Source: an uncultured virus (IMG/VR IMGVR_UViG_3300015360_000031)
Taxonomy: Duplodnaviria; Heunggongvirae; Uroviricota; Caudoviricetes
Direction: 5' to 3' (one strand)
IMG/VR virus record: IMGVR_UViG_3300015360_000031
DNA: 23,629 nucleotides
The notes beneath the pieces were generated by a model. It did not search any database and was not told the DNA's origin. It saw only the letters and a program-made list of their open reading frames with translations. Shown here piece after piece: positions 1 through 8,858 of this stretch (its first letter is position 1; each line of letters begins with the position of its first letter). The translations under genes and the position numbers were made by a program.

Positions 1-2
1 AC

Positions 3-425
3 CTTGCAAAAGCGATCGCGAAGCTGCTCCACGCGATGGCGGGCCTCGTACGTTGGCAGCATCAGACCGTTGCGAACGCGTCGTGCCCTCCGTACGAGGT
101 GAAAGACTTCGTGATCGGCCGCCGCCGTACGTGGCCGATGGGCAACGTTGAGGGCACCGAGGCCGTCAACTTCGGCGTTCAGACCGCGGCGGCGTCGATC
201 ATGAACACCGGTATGGCGCAGATGGCCGATCGGATGCACGAGTTCACCCAGGCGCACATGATCGCGCAGATCCATGACGCATGCGTGTTCGAGTGCTGGG
301 AGGACGAGGCTGAGCGGCTCGCTGAGGTGATCAAGGTGGCGTACACGCAAGAGTACGAACGCGACGGCCGAACGATCCCGTTCCCTGTTGACGTGCGGAT
401 CGGCCAAGACTGGAGCGAGGTGTGA
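3..425 (+). CDS. Family A DNA polymerase, C-terminal part (5'-partial)
   Basis: Frame is open from the window edge. AVNFGVQTAAASIMN and motif-C-like AQIHDACVFE are followed by the typical PolA ending PFPVDVRIGQDWSE. Confidence 0.9.
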   Translation, partial: LAKAIAKLLHAMAGLVRWQHQTVANASCPPYEVKDFVIGRRRTWPMGNVEGTEAVNFGVQTAAASIMNTGMAQMADRMHEFTQAHMIAQIHDACVFECWEDEAERLAEVIKVAYTQEYERDGRTIPFPVDVRIGQDWSEV

Positions 426-428
426 CGC

Positions 429-450
429 TGTCAGCCCCTCGTCGTACAAC
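429..450 (+). promoter_or_regulatory. TGTCAG-N10-TA motif, copy 1 (PafBC/RecA-NDp-like promoter)
   Basis: TGTCAG CCCCTCGTCG TACAAC lies 8 nt before ATG 459. The same motif occurs at 2003 and 20443(-). Confidence 0.6.
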
Positions 451-458
451 CATCAACC

Positions 459-860
459 ATGGAATTCATCGATGGCCGGCTCACACCGGGCACATGCCCG
501 GACTGCCCGCCCACATACATGGGGGTTGTTCATCATGTGGCATGCACGCGGGCAGGTGGTGAGCTGATGCTCGCGCTTCAGGGTGAGCGTGATGCGTTCC
601 TGGCGCAGCTACCAAACCGCCAACACCAAACCTCTGGTGTTGTCACTGATCCGGTGAACCCACCGCACTATCAGGGCGATCTCGTGATGCGCATCATCGA
701 GCACTTCGGGCTCGAAACATCGTTCTATCTCGCGAACCTCATCAAGTACGTGCTGCGCCACGGCAAGAAAGCAGGGCTCGAAGATCTGCGAAAGGCCCGC
801 TGGTATCTCGATCGCGCGATCGCACGCGCCGAAGGCAAACACGTGGAAGGTGTGAAATGA
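459..860 (+). CDS. DUF3310-like phage protein (T7 gp1.7-like, putative nucleotide kinase) with N-terminal Cys/His cluster
   Basis: DPVNPPHY...FYLANLIKYVLRHGKKAGLEDLRKARWYLDRAI signature. Confidence 0.85.
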   Translation: MEFIDGRLTPGTCPDCPPTYMGVVHHVACTRAGGELMLALQGERDAFLAQLPNRQHQTSGVVTDPVNPPHYQGDLVMRIIEHFGLETSFYLANLIKYVLRHGKKAGLEDLRKARWYLDRAIARAEGKHVEGVK

Positions 861-1033
861 CCTGGCCTCAAATCGTCATCACACTCTGGTTTCTCTTGAA
901 CGTCGGGTTCGTGGCCATCACTGTCACGCGCGACACGAAGATCAGCGTAACAACCGCTACAACCACTGTGCTGCTGTTCATGGTGGTCTACGGTGCACTT
1001 TCGTGGGTTCTGCGTGCAGGAGGTTTCTGGTGA
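857..1033 (+). CDS. Small two-TM membrane protein (58 aa, not in ORF track)
   Basis: MTWPQIVITLWFLLNVGFVAITV...TVLLFMVVYGALSWVLRAGGFW. ATGA and GTGA overlaps couple it to both neighbours. Confidence 0.75.
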   Translation: MTWPQIVITLWFLLNVGFVAITVTRDTKISVTTATTTVLLFMVVYGALSWVLRAGGFW

Positions 1034-2001
1034 GCGAGGCACAGCGCACGGACATCGAGCTGCTGACCGACGCTGACGGGCACATCTTCGCCCAACAGCC
1101 GATCGAAGGTGGCGCATCGATCATCGTGCGCATCATCGCCGATTCGATCACCGACGGCGGCTCGCGGCTCATCACGTGGTGCTGGGAGTACCAGCGGATG
1201 ATCCACGCGGAGATCATGACGCACCGGGCGCTCAGCCGTAACGCGTCCAGCTCGCGCGCCATCCCGGCGAGCAAGCTGCGCGAGCGCGTGCTCAACGCGC
1301 CGGCGATCCCCGTGCACTGGGGGCAGAACCAGGCCGGCATGCAGGCATCAGCTGAGGTGACGGACATCGACGCCGCGCGCGCGTGGTGGCTCGAAGGCCG
1401 CGACCTGATGGCAGCGCACCACGCGAAGGGCGAGGCACTGGGGCTGCACAAGCAGATCGTCAACCGGCAGATCGAGCCGTGGATGATGATCTCGACGATC
1501 ATCTCGGCGACCGACCACTCGAACCTGTTCCATCTTCGCAAGCATGCGATGGCTGAGCCGAACTTTCAGGTGGTTGCGAGCCTCGCGTGGGAGTTGTTCC
1601 ACAACCACATGCCGGTGTTCATCCAGATCAACGGCTGGCACCTACCCTACGTCAACGCGAGCGACATGGAGGTCTCGAAGAGGACTGAGGATCTGCTCAA
1701 GTTGTCGACGGCACGGTGCGCGCGCGTCTCGTACCTCACGCACGATGGCAAGCGTGATCGAGCGAAGGACTTCGAGCTCCACGACACGCTCGCGGCAACG
1801 GCAACCAAGGGTGAAGATCCGATGCACGCGTCCCCACTAGAGCACCCGGCGTTGGCGGTCGGTGGGCGCGCTCGGATCGGCAACTTCGAGGGTTGGAAGC
1901 AGTACCGAAAGTTCTTCCCACACGAGAACGGCCCCGACGTCAGCGTGCGTTGCTACCGCTGCGGCTGCTGGGGTGGGCGTCACGTTCGGGACTGCCCGTA
2001 G
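1030..2001 (+). CDS. thyX: FAD-dependent thymidylate synthase (phage-type ThyX/Thy1)
   Basis: HAEIMTHRALSRNASSSRAIP, STARCARVSY and HASPLEHPA motifs. GGAGG precedes GTG 1030. Confidence 0.9.
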   Translation: MSEAQRTDIELLTDADGHIFAQQPIEGGASIIVRIIADSITDGGSRLITWCWEYQRMIHAEIMTHRALSRNASSSRAIPASKLRERVLNAPAIPVHWGQNQAGMQASAEVTDIDAARAWWLEGRDLMAAHHAKGEALGLHKQIVNRQIEPWMMISTIISATDHSNLFHLRKHAMAEPNFQVVASLAWELFHNHMPVFIQINGWHLPYVNASDMEVSKRTEDLLKLSTARCARVSYLTHDGKRDRAKDFELHDTLAATATKGEDPMHASPLEHPALAVGGRARIGNFEGWKQYRKFFPHENGPDVSVRCYRCGCWGGRHVRDCP

Positions 2002-2002
2002 C

Positions 2003-2024
2003 TGTCAGCCCCGCGCTGTAGGGT
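2003..2024 (+). promoter_or_regulatory. TGTCAG-N10-TAnnnT motif, copy 2; leaderless promoter of the helicase
   Basis: TGTCAG CCCCGCGCTG TAGGGT lies 7 nt before GTG 2032. Confidence 0.65.
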
Positions 2025-2031
2025 AGGCGTC

Positions 2032-4851
2032 GTGGAAGAGCAACCCGTCCTCGTAGACACCGCAGAGCAGACCGCGATCACCAGCTTCGTCGCCAGTGGC
2101 AAAGGCAACCTGATCGTGGATGCGCTTGCCGGGACCGGTAAGTGCCTCGGATCCGGTACACCCGTGTTGCTGTTCGATGGGCGTGTGATCCCCGTTGAAG
2201 ATGTGCGAACCGGGATGCTCTTGATGGGTCCAGATAGCGAGCCACGGCGCGTTCTCACAACAAACATCGGTCGAGGCCCGCTGTATCGCATCAGCCCTGT
2301 AAAGGGTGAGTCGTGGGTCTGCAACGACATCCATGTGATGACGTTGACGGGGACCGGTTTCTGGCACGATCAGATCCGTGATGTGCCGCTGAACGAGCAT
2401 CTTGCAGCATGCGGTGAACAACGCCCAGATCGAAACTGGAAGTTGCTACGCACGGGTGTGAAGTGGCCCGCCCAACCCATCCCGCTGGATCCATACCTCG
2501 CAGGACTGTGGCTAGGGGACGGTACCTTTGACTCACCGACGATCACGAATGCTGATCCAGAGGTGGCTGCCTATTGCCGTAAGATTGCGCCGCAGTTGGG
2601 TGTTGAGTGTGTGGTCACTGAAACGCCACGCAACAATTCAAACCTGATCCGTTTTCGTTTTGGTGCGAGGGGTACGTTCAACACGCGCACCGAACGCAAC
2701 GCGTTTCAGGATGCTGTTCAAGCCTTCAAGGTTGACAATGAAAAAGTGATCCCGTGGTGCTACTTGAGCAACTCACGGGAGAATCGACTTGCGTTACTCG
2801 CTGGGCTGATCGACACCGATGGGTTTGTCACATCAGGCTGCGTCGAGATCACGTCGAAATACGATCGGCTCGCAGACGCCATTTTGTTCCTTGCACGTTC
2901 GCTGGGTTTCGCTGCCTACATGAGCAAGAAGCGCGCAACGATCAAATCGCTGAACTTCGAGGGCGTCTACAACCGCATCATGATCTCAGGCGATATCGAC
3001 GAGATTCCATGCTTGGTTAAAAGGCGTCAAAGTGCGCCGCGCACGCAGATCAAGCGTGTGACTGTTACGGGGTGGGACGCAGAACCAATCGGCGAGGGCG
3101 ATTACTATGGCTTCACGCTTGACGGCGATGGCCGATTCTTGCTCGGTGACTTCACGGTCACGCACAACACAACGACGATCATCAAGTCGCTCGCGCAGAT
3201 CCCTCAGCGCAGCATCTTGATGTGTGCGTTCAACAAGCGGATCGCGATCGAGCTCGAAGCCAAGCTCCCGAAGATGCCCAAGGGTACCGCGGTGCACGTC
3301 AAGACGTTTCACGCGATCGGGCTATCGATCGTCAAGCACCACTTTCGGCACCTTCAGGTTTCTGCGCAAGGCACCGAAGAGCTGATCAACCGCGCCGCGG
3401 GCAAAGAGATCTCGTTCAAGATGCGGCGTTGCGCAGTGAACTTGCTGCGCATGATCAAGGAGACCCGTGCCGAGCGCATCCCACCAACAGCCGATGAAGC
3501 GCACGCGATCGGGCTCGAATACGCGTTGTTCAAGACGCTCAATGAAGTTGAGATCAGCCTGTGCATCGAGGCTGTACGTGACGCGTACATCCTCAGCGCG
3601 AACTTGAACGAGCGCGCGACGATCGATTTCTGCGACATGGTGTGGGCCGCCGCCACGCTCGACCTCGCACCGCCGTCACGGTATCAGGCGATCTTCGTAG
3701 ACGAGTTGCAGGACATCTCCGAACCGCAGCTCAAGCTGCTGCTCAAGCTGATGGTCCCAGGCACCGGACGGTTCATCGGTGTCGGTGACAAGAACCAGCA
3801 AATCTATGGCTGGCGTGGCTCGATGGGCGCCAAGGTGTGGAAGGTTGCGCACGATCAGCTGGGCTCGACGTTCCTACCGCTCACGATGACGTGGCGCTGC
3901 TCGGCGGCCATCGTGAAGGAAGCGAACGGGATCGTCCCACAACTGCGCGCCCGCCCGAACGCACCCGCCGGGCACGTTGTTGATACGAAGTGGTTGGCGT
4001 TGCCTGCGGCGATTCGGGCTGGCGTGCCGATCGCGCACGGCAAGCACACGTTCGTACTTTCACGGACCAACGCGAGCCTGCTCGACGTCGCACTGTACCT
4101 GTGGCGTGAACGCGTCCAGTTCGAGCTCAGCGGGGGTGAGGATGTGCTTGAGCCGTTGTTCAGCATCCTCGACAAGCTCGATCTGCAAAGCGAGGAGACG
4201 TATCGAAAGACGCTCGCGAAGTGGGTGGATGAGGAGCTAGCGCGGGCCGAGAAGCTCAACGCCACGGCCTACGCGGATCGCGTCGAGGAGCAGTTCAACA
4301 TGCTTCAGATCGCGATCACGTACACCAAGCCGAAGATGGTGCGGAAGCTGCTCACCGACCTCATGGTGCCGAACAGCGCCGGTGTGCTGCTCTCGACGGT
4401 ACACAAGGTCAAGGGCCTCGAAGCGGAGCGGGTGTTCCTGCTCAAGCAAACGTTCGCGCGGTACGCGAAACGCCCATGCTTCACGTGCCGCGGTAAAGTG
4501 AGCCCAGGTTGCGGAGTCTGCCACGGCACCGGTTTCTTCAAGGAAGAGAAGATTCCGCAGGAGGAGCTCAACATCGAGTACGTCGCGATCACGCGCGCGA
4601 AGAGCCGGCTCGTGTGGGTCGATATCGAAGATCGATTCACAATCACGGAAGCCACTGAGGATCCGCTCTTGGCGGTCGTGCGCCATCAGCTCGGTGTCGT
4701 CTCCGAGCGTGATCAGCTGATCGCAGCGGTGGGTCGGTTCGAGAACGGCGGCATGCCGCATGCGATGGCAGAAGGCTTTGCCGATCCGCCGCGGGGTGAC
4801 CATGCACGCGACACAATGATGACGGACTTCTACGAGTCTGAGGAGCCGTGA
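2032..4851 (+). CDS. UvrD/Rep-like SF1 helicase, intein-containing
   Basis: Walker A ALAGTGK|TT (split by the intein), AFNK, KTFHAIG, VDELQD, VGDKNQQIYGWRG, LTMTWRC, LSTVHKVKGLE and YVAITRAK motifs. Confidence 0.93.
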   Translation: MEEQPVLVDTAEQTAITSFVASGKGNLIVDALAGTGKCLGSGTPVLLFDGRVIPVEDVRTGMLLMGPDSEPRRVLTTNIGRGPLYRISPVKGESWVCNDIHVMTLTGTGFWHDQIRDVPLNEHLAACGEQRPDRNWKLLRTGVKWPAQPIPLDPYLAGLWLGDGTFDSPTITNADPEVAAYCRKIAPQLGVECVVTETPRNNSNLIRFRFGARGTFNTRTERNAFQDAVQAFKVDNEKVIPWCYLSNSRENRLALLAGLIDTDGFVTSGCVEITSKYDRLADAILFLARSLGFAAYMSKKRATIKSLNFEGVYNRIMISGDIDEIPCLVKRRQSAPRTQIKRVTVTGWDAEPIGEGDYYGFTLDGDGRFLLGDFTVTHNTTTIIKSLAQIPQRSILMCAFNKRIAIELEAKLPKMPKGTAVHVKTFHAIGLSIVKHHFRHLQVSAQGTEELINRAAGKEISFKMRRCAVNLLRMIKETRAERIPPTADEAHAIGLEYALFKTLNEVEISLCIEAVRDAYILSANLNERATIDFCDMVWAAATLDLAPPSRYQAIFVDELQDISEPQLKLLLKLMVPGTGRFIGVGDKNQQIYGWRGSMGAKVWKVAHDQLGSTFLPLTMTWRCSAAIVKEANGIVPQLRARPNAPAGHVVDTKWLALPAAIRAGVPIAHGKHTFVLSRTNASLLDVALYLWRERVQFELSGGEDVLEPLFSILDKLDLQSEETYRKTLAKWVDEELARAEKLNATAYADRVEEQFNMLQIAITYTKPKMVRKLLTDLMVPNSAGVLLSTVHKVKGLEAERVFLLKQTFARYAKRPCFTCRGKVSPGCGVCHGTGFFKEEKIPQEELNIEYVAITRAKSRLVWVDIEDRFTITEATEDPLLAVVRHQLGVVSERDQLIAAVGRFENGGMPHAMAEGFADPPRGDHARDTMMTDFYESEEP
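2143..3168 (+). mobile_element. Intein (342 aa) with LAGLIDADG homing endonuclease
   Basis: Starts CLGSGTPVLLFDG and ends FTVTHN followed by Thr(+1). Contains LAGLWLGDG and LLAGLIDTDG motifs. Removing it restores GTGKTT. Confidence 0.95.
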
Positions 4852-5066
4852 CTCGACCGTGCTTTCGCCCGGGGTGTGCACACACCACGGATGAACCATG
4901 CTTGCGTGGTCCTGCGCTGCGAGATGCCAACGCGAACCGTGATCGAGCCCCGCTGTGCACGAAGGTCGCGCGGTGCATCTTGCCCGCAGATCACGCAGAC
5001 AGCTGTGCGATCGCCGAGCCGCGTGAGATCGCGCCGAATCTGTTCGATAAAGGAAAAATCAAGTGA
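4848..5066 (+). CDS. Small Cys/His-rich hypothetical protein
   Basis: 72 aa, GTGA-coupled to both neighbours; CILPADHADSC motif. Confidence 0.6.
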   Translation: MTRPCFRPGCAHTTDEPCLRGPALRDANANRDRAPLCTKVARCILPADHADSCAIAEPREIAPNLFDKGKIK

Positions 5067-5683
5067 CGCAAAGTCGACGCCCGAAGGAAGAGACATCGTG
5101 GTCGGACGCATACTGCACGCCGCTTTGGTACGCGAAGCGCCTCCCGCACCGTGACTTCGACCCGTGCTCGAACCCGCGCACGAACATCCTCACCGACTGG
5201 TCGTTCTCGCTGGAGAAGGGCTACGACGGGCTCAAGATGCCATGGCGCGGCGCCGGGTTCGTCAACTGGCCGTACAGCTTCCCCGGCCCGTGGGCTGAGA
5301 AGGCGCAGCACGAGATGAAGATCGGCAACTGCACCGATCTCATCGTCCTCTGCAAGCTCGACCCGTCACCTGACTGGTGGGACGTCATCATCGAGCCCAC
5401 GCTCGGCACGCTCGACCGTTGGGACCACATGCGGCGGATCCAGTTTGACGAGCACCCCGAGGCGATCGCGGAGCGGCTATGGCTGCGCATGGAGGCACAA
5501 GCGCGGAAGGAAGCCGGCGAGCTCAACGTCAAGGTACCGCCGAAGAAGATCTCGAACAACTTCGCATCGACGACGCTGCATCACCGGCACCAGGATGCAC
5601 CGCTGCTCAACTTCTGGGACGTCGCGACGTTGTGGCGCCGGCTCGACGGTACCTACCCAGCGGATCTCGTGAACCGGCCCTGA
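5063..5683 (+). CDS. Phage Dam-like DNA N6-adenine methyltransferase (NWPY variant)
   Basis: YCTP, DFDPCS, DGLKMPW and FVNWPYS match the phage Dam layout (WxTP, DPC, DGL..W, NPPY). Confidence 0.75.
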   Translation: MTQSRRPKEETSWSDAYCTPLWYAKRLPHRDFDPCSNPRTNILTDWSFSLEKGYDGLKMPWRGAGFVNWPYSFPGPWAEKAQHEMKIGNCTDLIVLCKLDPSPDWWDVIIEPTLGTLDRWDHMRRIQFDEHPEAIAERLWLRMEAQARKEAGELNVKVPPKKISNNFASTTLHHRHQDAPLLNFWDVATLWRRLDGTYPADLVNRP

Positions 5684-5687
5684 GCGC

Positions 5688-6095
5688 ATGAGCAAGCACC
5701 AGACACGCCGGTCGCTCAGCTTCGAGCGTCGCTTGCACGAGATCACGACGCAACATGCAGCGGCACTCAAGCAGTCGACGTCGCACTACGTATCAGAGTT
5801 GATTCGACGTGATCTGATCGCGGCGGGTATCGAGGTCCCTGCGGCACCGCTGCATGTCGTTATCGACGATGAGCGTGTGGGTCGCTGGTGGTGCAAGCCC
5901 AAGCCGCTGAAGCCACCAAAGCCACCGAAACCAGAAAAGCTACTGGTAGAGCGCCCTGAAAAGCCACCGAGACCGCCGAAGCCGGAACCGCCATCGTGCT
6001 GGTGGTGCCGCAAAGGGTTTGCGGCGCACGAAACGGCGATCATGATCCACGACCGCACACTACACGCGCGGTGCGCGCGGCAAGCCAGGCTGTAA
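5688..6095 (+). CDS. Putative RHH DNA-binding protein with Pro/Lys linker and C-terminal Zn finger
   Basis: RRSLSF strand followed by two helices (…STSHYVSELIRRDL); KPPKP repeats; CWWC…HARC. Confidence 0.55.
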   Translation: MSKHQTRRSLSFERRLHEITTQHAAALKQSTSHYVSELIRRDLIAAGIEVPAAPLHVVIDDERVGRWWCKPKPLKPPKPPKPEKLLVERPEKPPRPPKPEPPSCWWCRKGFAAHETAIMIHDRTLHARCARQARL

Positions 6096-6148
6096 CCGAT
6101 TGACGTTTCTACGGTCGCTGTGTGATCGTCTGGTCAAGGAGAATTCAC

Positions 6149-6253
6149 ATGGCAAAGCGCAAGAGCACCAAGAGCTGCAAGTTCGGCAAGGTTTCCCGTG
6201 GCAAGCGTAAGGGGCAGTGCCGCAAGTCACGCAAGACGCGCCGCAAGCGCTAG
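6149..6253 (+). CDS. 34-aa protamine-like basic peptide (not in ORF track)
   Basis: MAKRKSTKSCKFGKVSRGKRKGQCRKSRKTRRKR has 18 K/R and no acidic residue. AAGGAG RBS at 6136-6141; TTGACG at 6100. Confidence 0.75.
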   Translation: MAKRKSTKSCKFGKVSRGKRKGQCRKSRKTRRKR

Positions 6254-6324
6254 TCGCTAGCCGGCTGCGTTGAGCTCGCCCGGAGGCGGCGCAGCGATCT
6301 GCGTTCAACCAAAGGAGCGAGCCC

Positions 6325-6648
6325 ATGCACCTGATCACGACCTACGATTCGACCAATGAATTTTCTCCTGGGGACCCTGGACAGCGTGTCCGTGACGTCT
6401 ACGTTCAGGGGAGCCCCGGCGGGTACCAGTCGTTTGCCTGGAACCGCGTCGCGACCGACTCTCAGCTGAGCGGGCTCGGCCTGTCGTGGGCCGGCCTGCC
6501 GATCTGGGCGCAGGTCGCGATCGTCGCTGCGGGTGCGGTCGCCACCGGCTACTTCGGCATGTCGAAGTTCGGTGACAGCCACATCAAGCCCGCGCTGCGC
6601 AAGGTCGGCGTCAACCTCGCCGGCCCGCGCACGCGTCGGCGGCGCTAG
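6325..6648 (+). CDS. Single-TM protein with basic tail, putative virion membrane protein
   Basis: AAGGAG RBS; LSGLG motif, hydrophobic WAQVAIVAAGAVATGYF, C-terminal RTRRRR. Confidence 0.7.
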   Translation: MHLITTYDSTNEFSPGDPGQRVRDVYVQGSPGGYQSFAWNRVATDSQLSGLGLSWAGLPIWAQVAIVAAGAVATGYFGMSKFGDSHIKPALRKVGVNLAGPRTRRRR

Positions 6649-7022
6649 TGCTGATCCAGCACAACCAGGTCGGGACAATGATGCGCCGCCGTGGTGGCCT
6701 CGGCTCGCCGTCGTACGACCTCGCCAAGCAGCTTGTTGGGCTGCTCGAAGAGAACGACTACCCGTCGGCGGTGGCGATCCTCAGCGGCTTGTCCGCGGTC
6801 GAGCTCCAAACCGTTGCGACCAAGGCGATCGCGCTCGGCGCTGACCCGAGCGCGGTGCGCGGCCTCATCGCGACCCTCGGGCAGAACGAGATCATCGAGG
6901 TCACCGGCTCGGCGCCGCTCATCCGTGCGATCGGTCAGCCGCTCCCGTTGTGGCTCAAGATCCTGCTCGGCGCGGGCGTCGTGTTCGCGGCGGCGTGGGC
7001 CTACAAGAAGTGGAGGAAGTGA
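6648..7022 (+). CDS. C-terminally anchored membrane protein
   Basis: RRRGGLG near the N-terminus; C-terminal LWLKILLGAGVVFAAAWAYKKWRK. Confidence 0.7.
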   Translation: MLIQHNQVGTMMRRRGGLGSPSYDLAKQLVGLLEENDYPSAVAILSGLSAVELQTVATKAIALGADPSAVRGLIATLGQNEIIEVTGSAPLIRAIGQPLPLWLKILLGAGVVFAAAWAYKKWRK

Positions 7023-7264
7023 TGGCTCGCAAGCGCTACAAGCCCTCGGTGGGTGCGATCTGCAAGATCGGCACGCTCGCACACAACAGGCAGTTCACCG
7101 CGGCCGAGCTGCGCGAGTACAGCGGGCGCAGCTATGGCGGCCCCCAGCTGATCTCGTGGCTGCGTAAGCACGGCCACATCGAGACTGTCGGGCGTGGCAA
7201 GCTCTACCCGACGGCCAAGGGATGGAAGATGATCGAGTCGGCGTGCACGAAGCGGAAGCGCTGA
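7022..7264 (+). CDS. Basic 80-aa protein, possibly winged-helix
   Basis: TGATG coupling; FTAAEL…LISWLRKHGHIETVGRGKLYPTAKG resembles a wHTH wing. Confidence 0.6.
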   Translation: MARKRYKPSVGAICKIGTLAHNRQFTAAELREYSGRSYGGPQLISWLRKHGHIETVGRGKLYPTAKGWKMIESACTKRKR

Positions 7265-7509
7265 TGCCGATGATCATGTCCCTCGAAGGGCCGCGCACCA
7301 CCGTCATCGACGCGATGCGCAGCGAGCTCTACCGCGCCACGCCGCGCTCGATCTACCGGCTCGGGCTCGGCGCGTCCGACATCTGGTACAAGTTCGGCAT
7401 GTCGCCCACGATCTGGACCGGCATCTTCGGCGTCCTCGCTGGCGCCTGGCTCGCGAGCTCGAAGTCGGGCTTCGCGAAGAACGTTCGTAACCGTGTAGGT
7501 GGTCGCTAA
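7264..7509 (+). CDS. Small single-TM protein
   Basis: TGATG coupling; LGLG motif then IWTGIFGVLAGAWLA and a basic tail. Confidence 0.65.
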   Translation: MPMIMSLEGPRTTVIDAMRSELYRATPRSIYRLGLGASDIWYKFGMSPTIWTGIFGVLAGAWLASSKSGFAKNVRNRVGGR

Positions 7510-7511
7510 CC

Positions 7512-7718
7512 ATGGCTCGCAAGAAAACGCCGAAGGCAAACATCCACTGGCACCAGATCAAGCCAGGCATGTGCGTGCGCGACGAGGGTAGCTACTTCTC
7601 GGTGCAGGTCACCAAGACGAAGCGCGCCGTCGCGAACTGGTCGTCGACCGATGCTCGTCAGGCGCAGAACGATCTGAAGCACCGCGCGTCGACCGGCGTC
7701 TACTGCCCCCGTAAGTAA
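7512..7718 (+). CDS. Small basic hypothetical protein
   Basis: 68 aa, MARKK start, tightly packed in the operon. Confidence 0.65.
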   Translation: MARKKTPKANIHWHQIKPGMCVRDEGSYFSVQVTKTKRAVANWSSTDARQAQNDLKHRASTGVYCPRK

Positions 7719-7720
7719 CC

Positions 7721-8803
7721 ATGGCAGTGTGGCGGCGATACCGGCGCCCGGCCTGGCTCGACGTGCTCGCTGCACAAGGGTCGGGGCTCGGCCGTCCGTC
7801 GGTGCCTGCGCCGGCGCCTGCCCGCTGGTGGATGCAGCCTGTCAAGAGCGAGCCTGACCTCAAGGCGTGCTTCTCGACGAAGACGGCGGCGCTCAAGTCG
7901 TTCATCGAGGCGAACCGCCAGCTGATCGACGAGTACGGCGGCCTCGACTATCAGGTGAGCCCGTCGGAGTTCGACGCGATCAACCATCGCTACGGGCTGC
8001 ACAAGGGCCGCGCGGTGCGCACGATCGCCGACGCGCTGTGGGCGGCGATGCCTGCGGGCAAGCCGTTCTGCCTCGACCGCATCGACCTCGAAGTGCTCAA
8101 CGACACGAGCCCGGCGCGCCAGCGCGCAGACGCCGCGTTCCGGCTACCCGACGAGGTTTACAGCAACCCAGACGCGATCGCGGCGGAAGGGGCGGCATAC
8201 TACCGCGACATCGAGGCTCGCACCGACGAGGACGCGCCGCGCGAGGAGTGGGCGCCCGACGCGCCCCGACCGACCAAGCTGCGCCGCAACCGCGGTGATG
8301 ACCCGGCCGCGCGGGCGTTCATCGATGAGGCGGATGAGACCGCAGCCGTGTACGCCACCGCGGCCCGCGATGCGACCTGGCGACCCAAGCGCAAGCGGCG
8401 ATCGACCCCCCGCGAGGCGGCCCCTGTCGAGCTCGCCCCGCGAAAGCCGCCCGGTAACCGCAAACCCGTGCGAAAAAAGAGAACCCACATGGCGAAGCGC
8501 ATCGACGATTCACACCAGCCGTTCAAGCGTGTTCGCAAGATCGGCCCCGGCCCGAAGCGCCACCCACCCGTGCTCGAAGTGAAGCAGTGGAAGTGCCGCA
8601 AGGGCAAGAAGAAGTACACGCAGGTCTGCACCTGGATCGGTGGTGGCGAGAAGCGCGCGCCGACGATCAACCGCATGAACAAGGGGAAGAAGAAGAAGTA
8701 CAACAAGCTCTACCGCGCGTGGGCGAAGAAGAACCGCGGCACGAAGGGCGGCCGGCGCGCGAGCTACCGTTGCCGCAAGACGCGCAACACGGCCTGCAAG
8801 TAG
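7721..8803 (+). CDS. Hypothetical protein with very basic C-terminal domain (probable internal start at 8489)
   Basis: 360-aa ORF with GSGLG near the N-terminus; the last 104 aa are K/R-rich and start MAKR. Confidence 0.65.
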   Translation: MAVWRRYRRPAWLDVLAAQGSGLGRPSVPAPAPARWWMQPVKSEPDLKACFSTKTAALKSFIEANRQLIDEYGGLDYQVSPSEFDAINHRYGLHKGRAVRTIADALWAAMPAGKPFCLDRIDLEVLNDTSPARQRADAAFRLPDEVYSNPDAIAAEGAAYYRDIEARTDEDAPREEWAPDAPRPTKLRRNRGDDPAARAFIDEADETAAVYATAARDATWRPKRKRRSTPREAAPVELAPRKPPGNRKPVRKKRTHMAKRIDDSHQPFKRVRKIGPGPKRHPPVLEVKQWKCRKGKKKYTQVCTWIGGGEKRAPTINRMNKGKKKKYNKLYRAWAKKNRGTKGGRRASYRCRKTRNTACK

Positions 8804-8830
8804 CCCGAGGCTGATCAGCGGATTCCTGGA

Positions 8831-8852
8831 AACCCCGGGGTTGGGGTAGGCT
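8831..8852 (+). promoter_or_regulatory. 12-bp palindrome plus leaderless -10 element
   Basis: AACCCCGGGGTT (8831-8842), then TAGGCT (8847-8852) 6 nt before GTG 8859. Confidence 0.5.
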
Positions 8853-8858
8853 GGAGTG

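Noticed and set aside
6254..6324. Hairpin GCTGCG…CGCAGC after the basic peptide as a terminator or ribozyme
   Set aside because: No U tract and no ribozyme core; GC-rich DNA forms such stems by chance.
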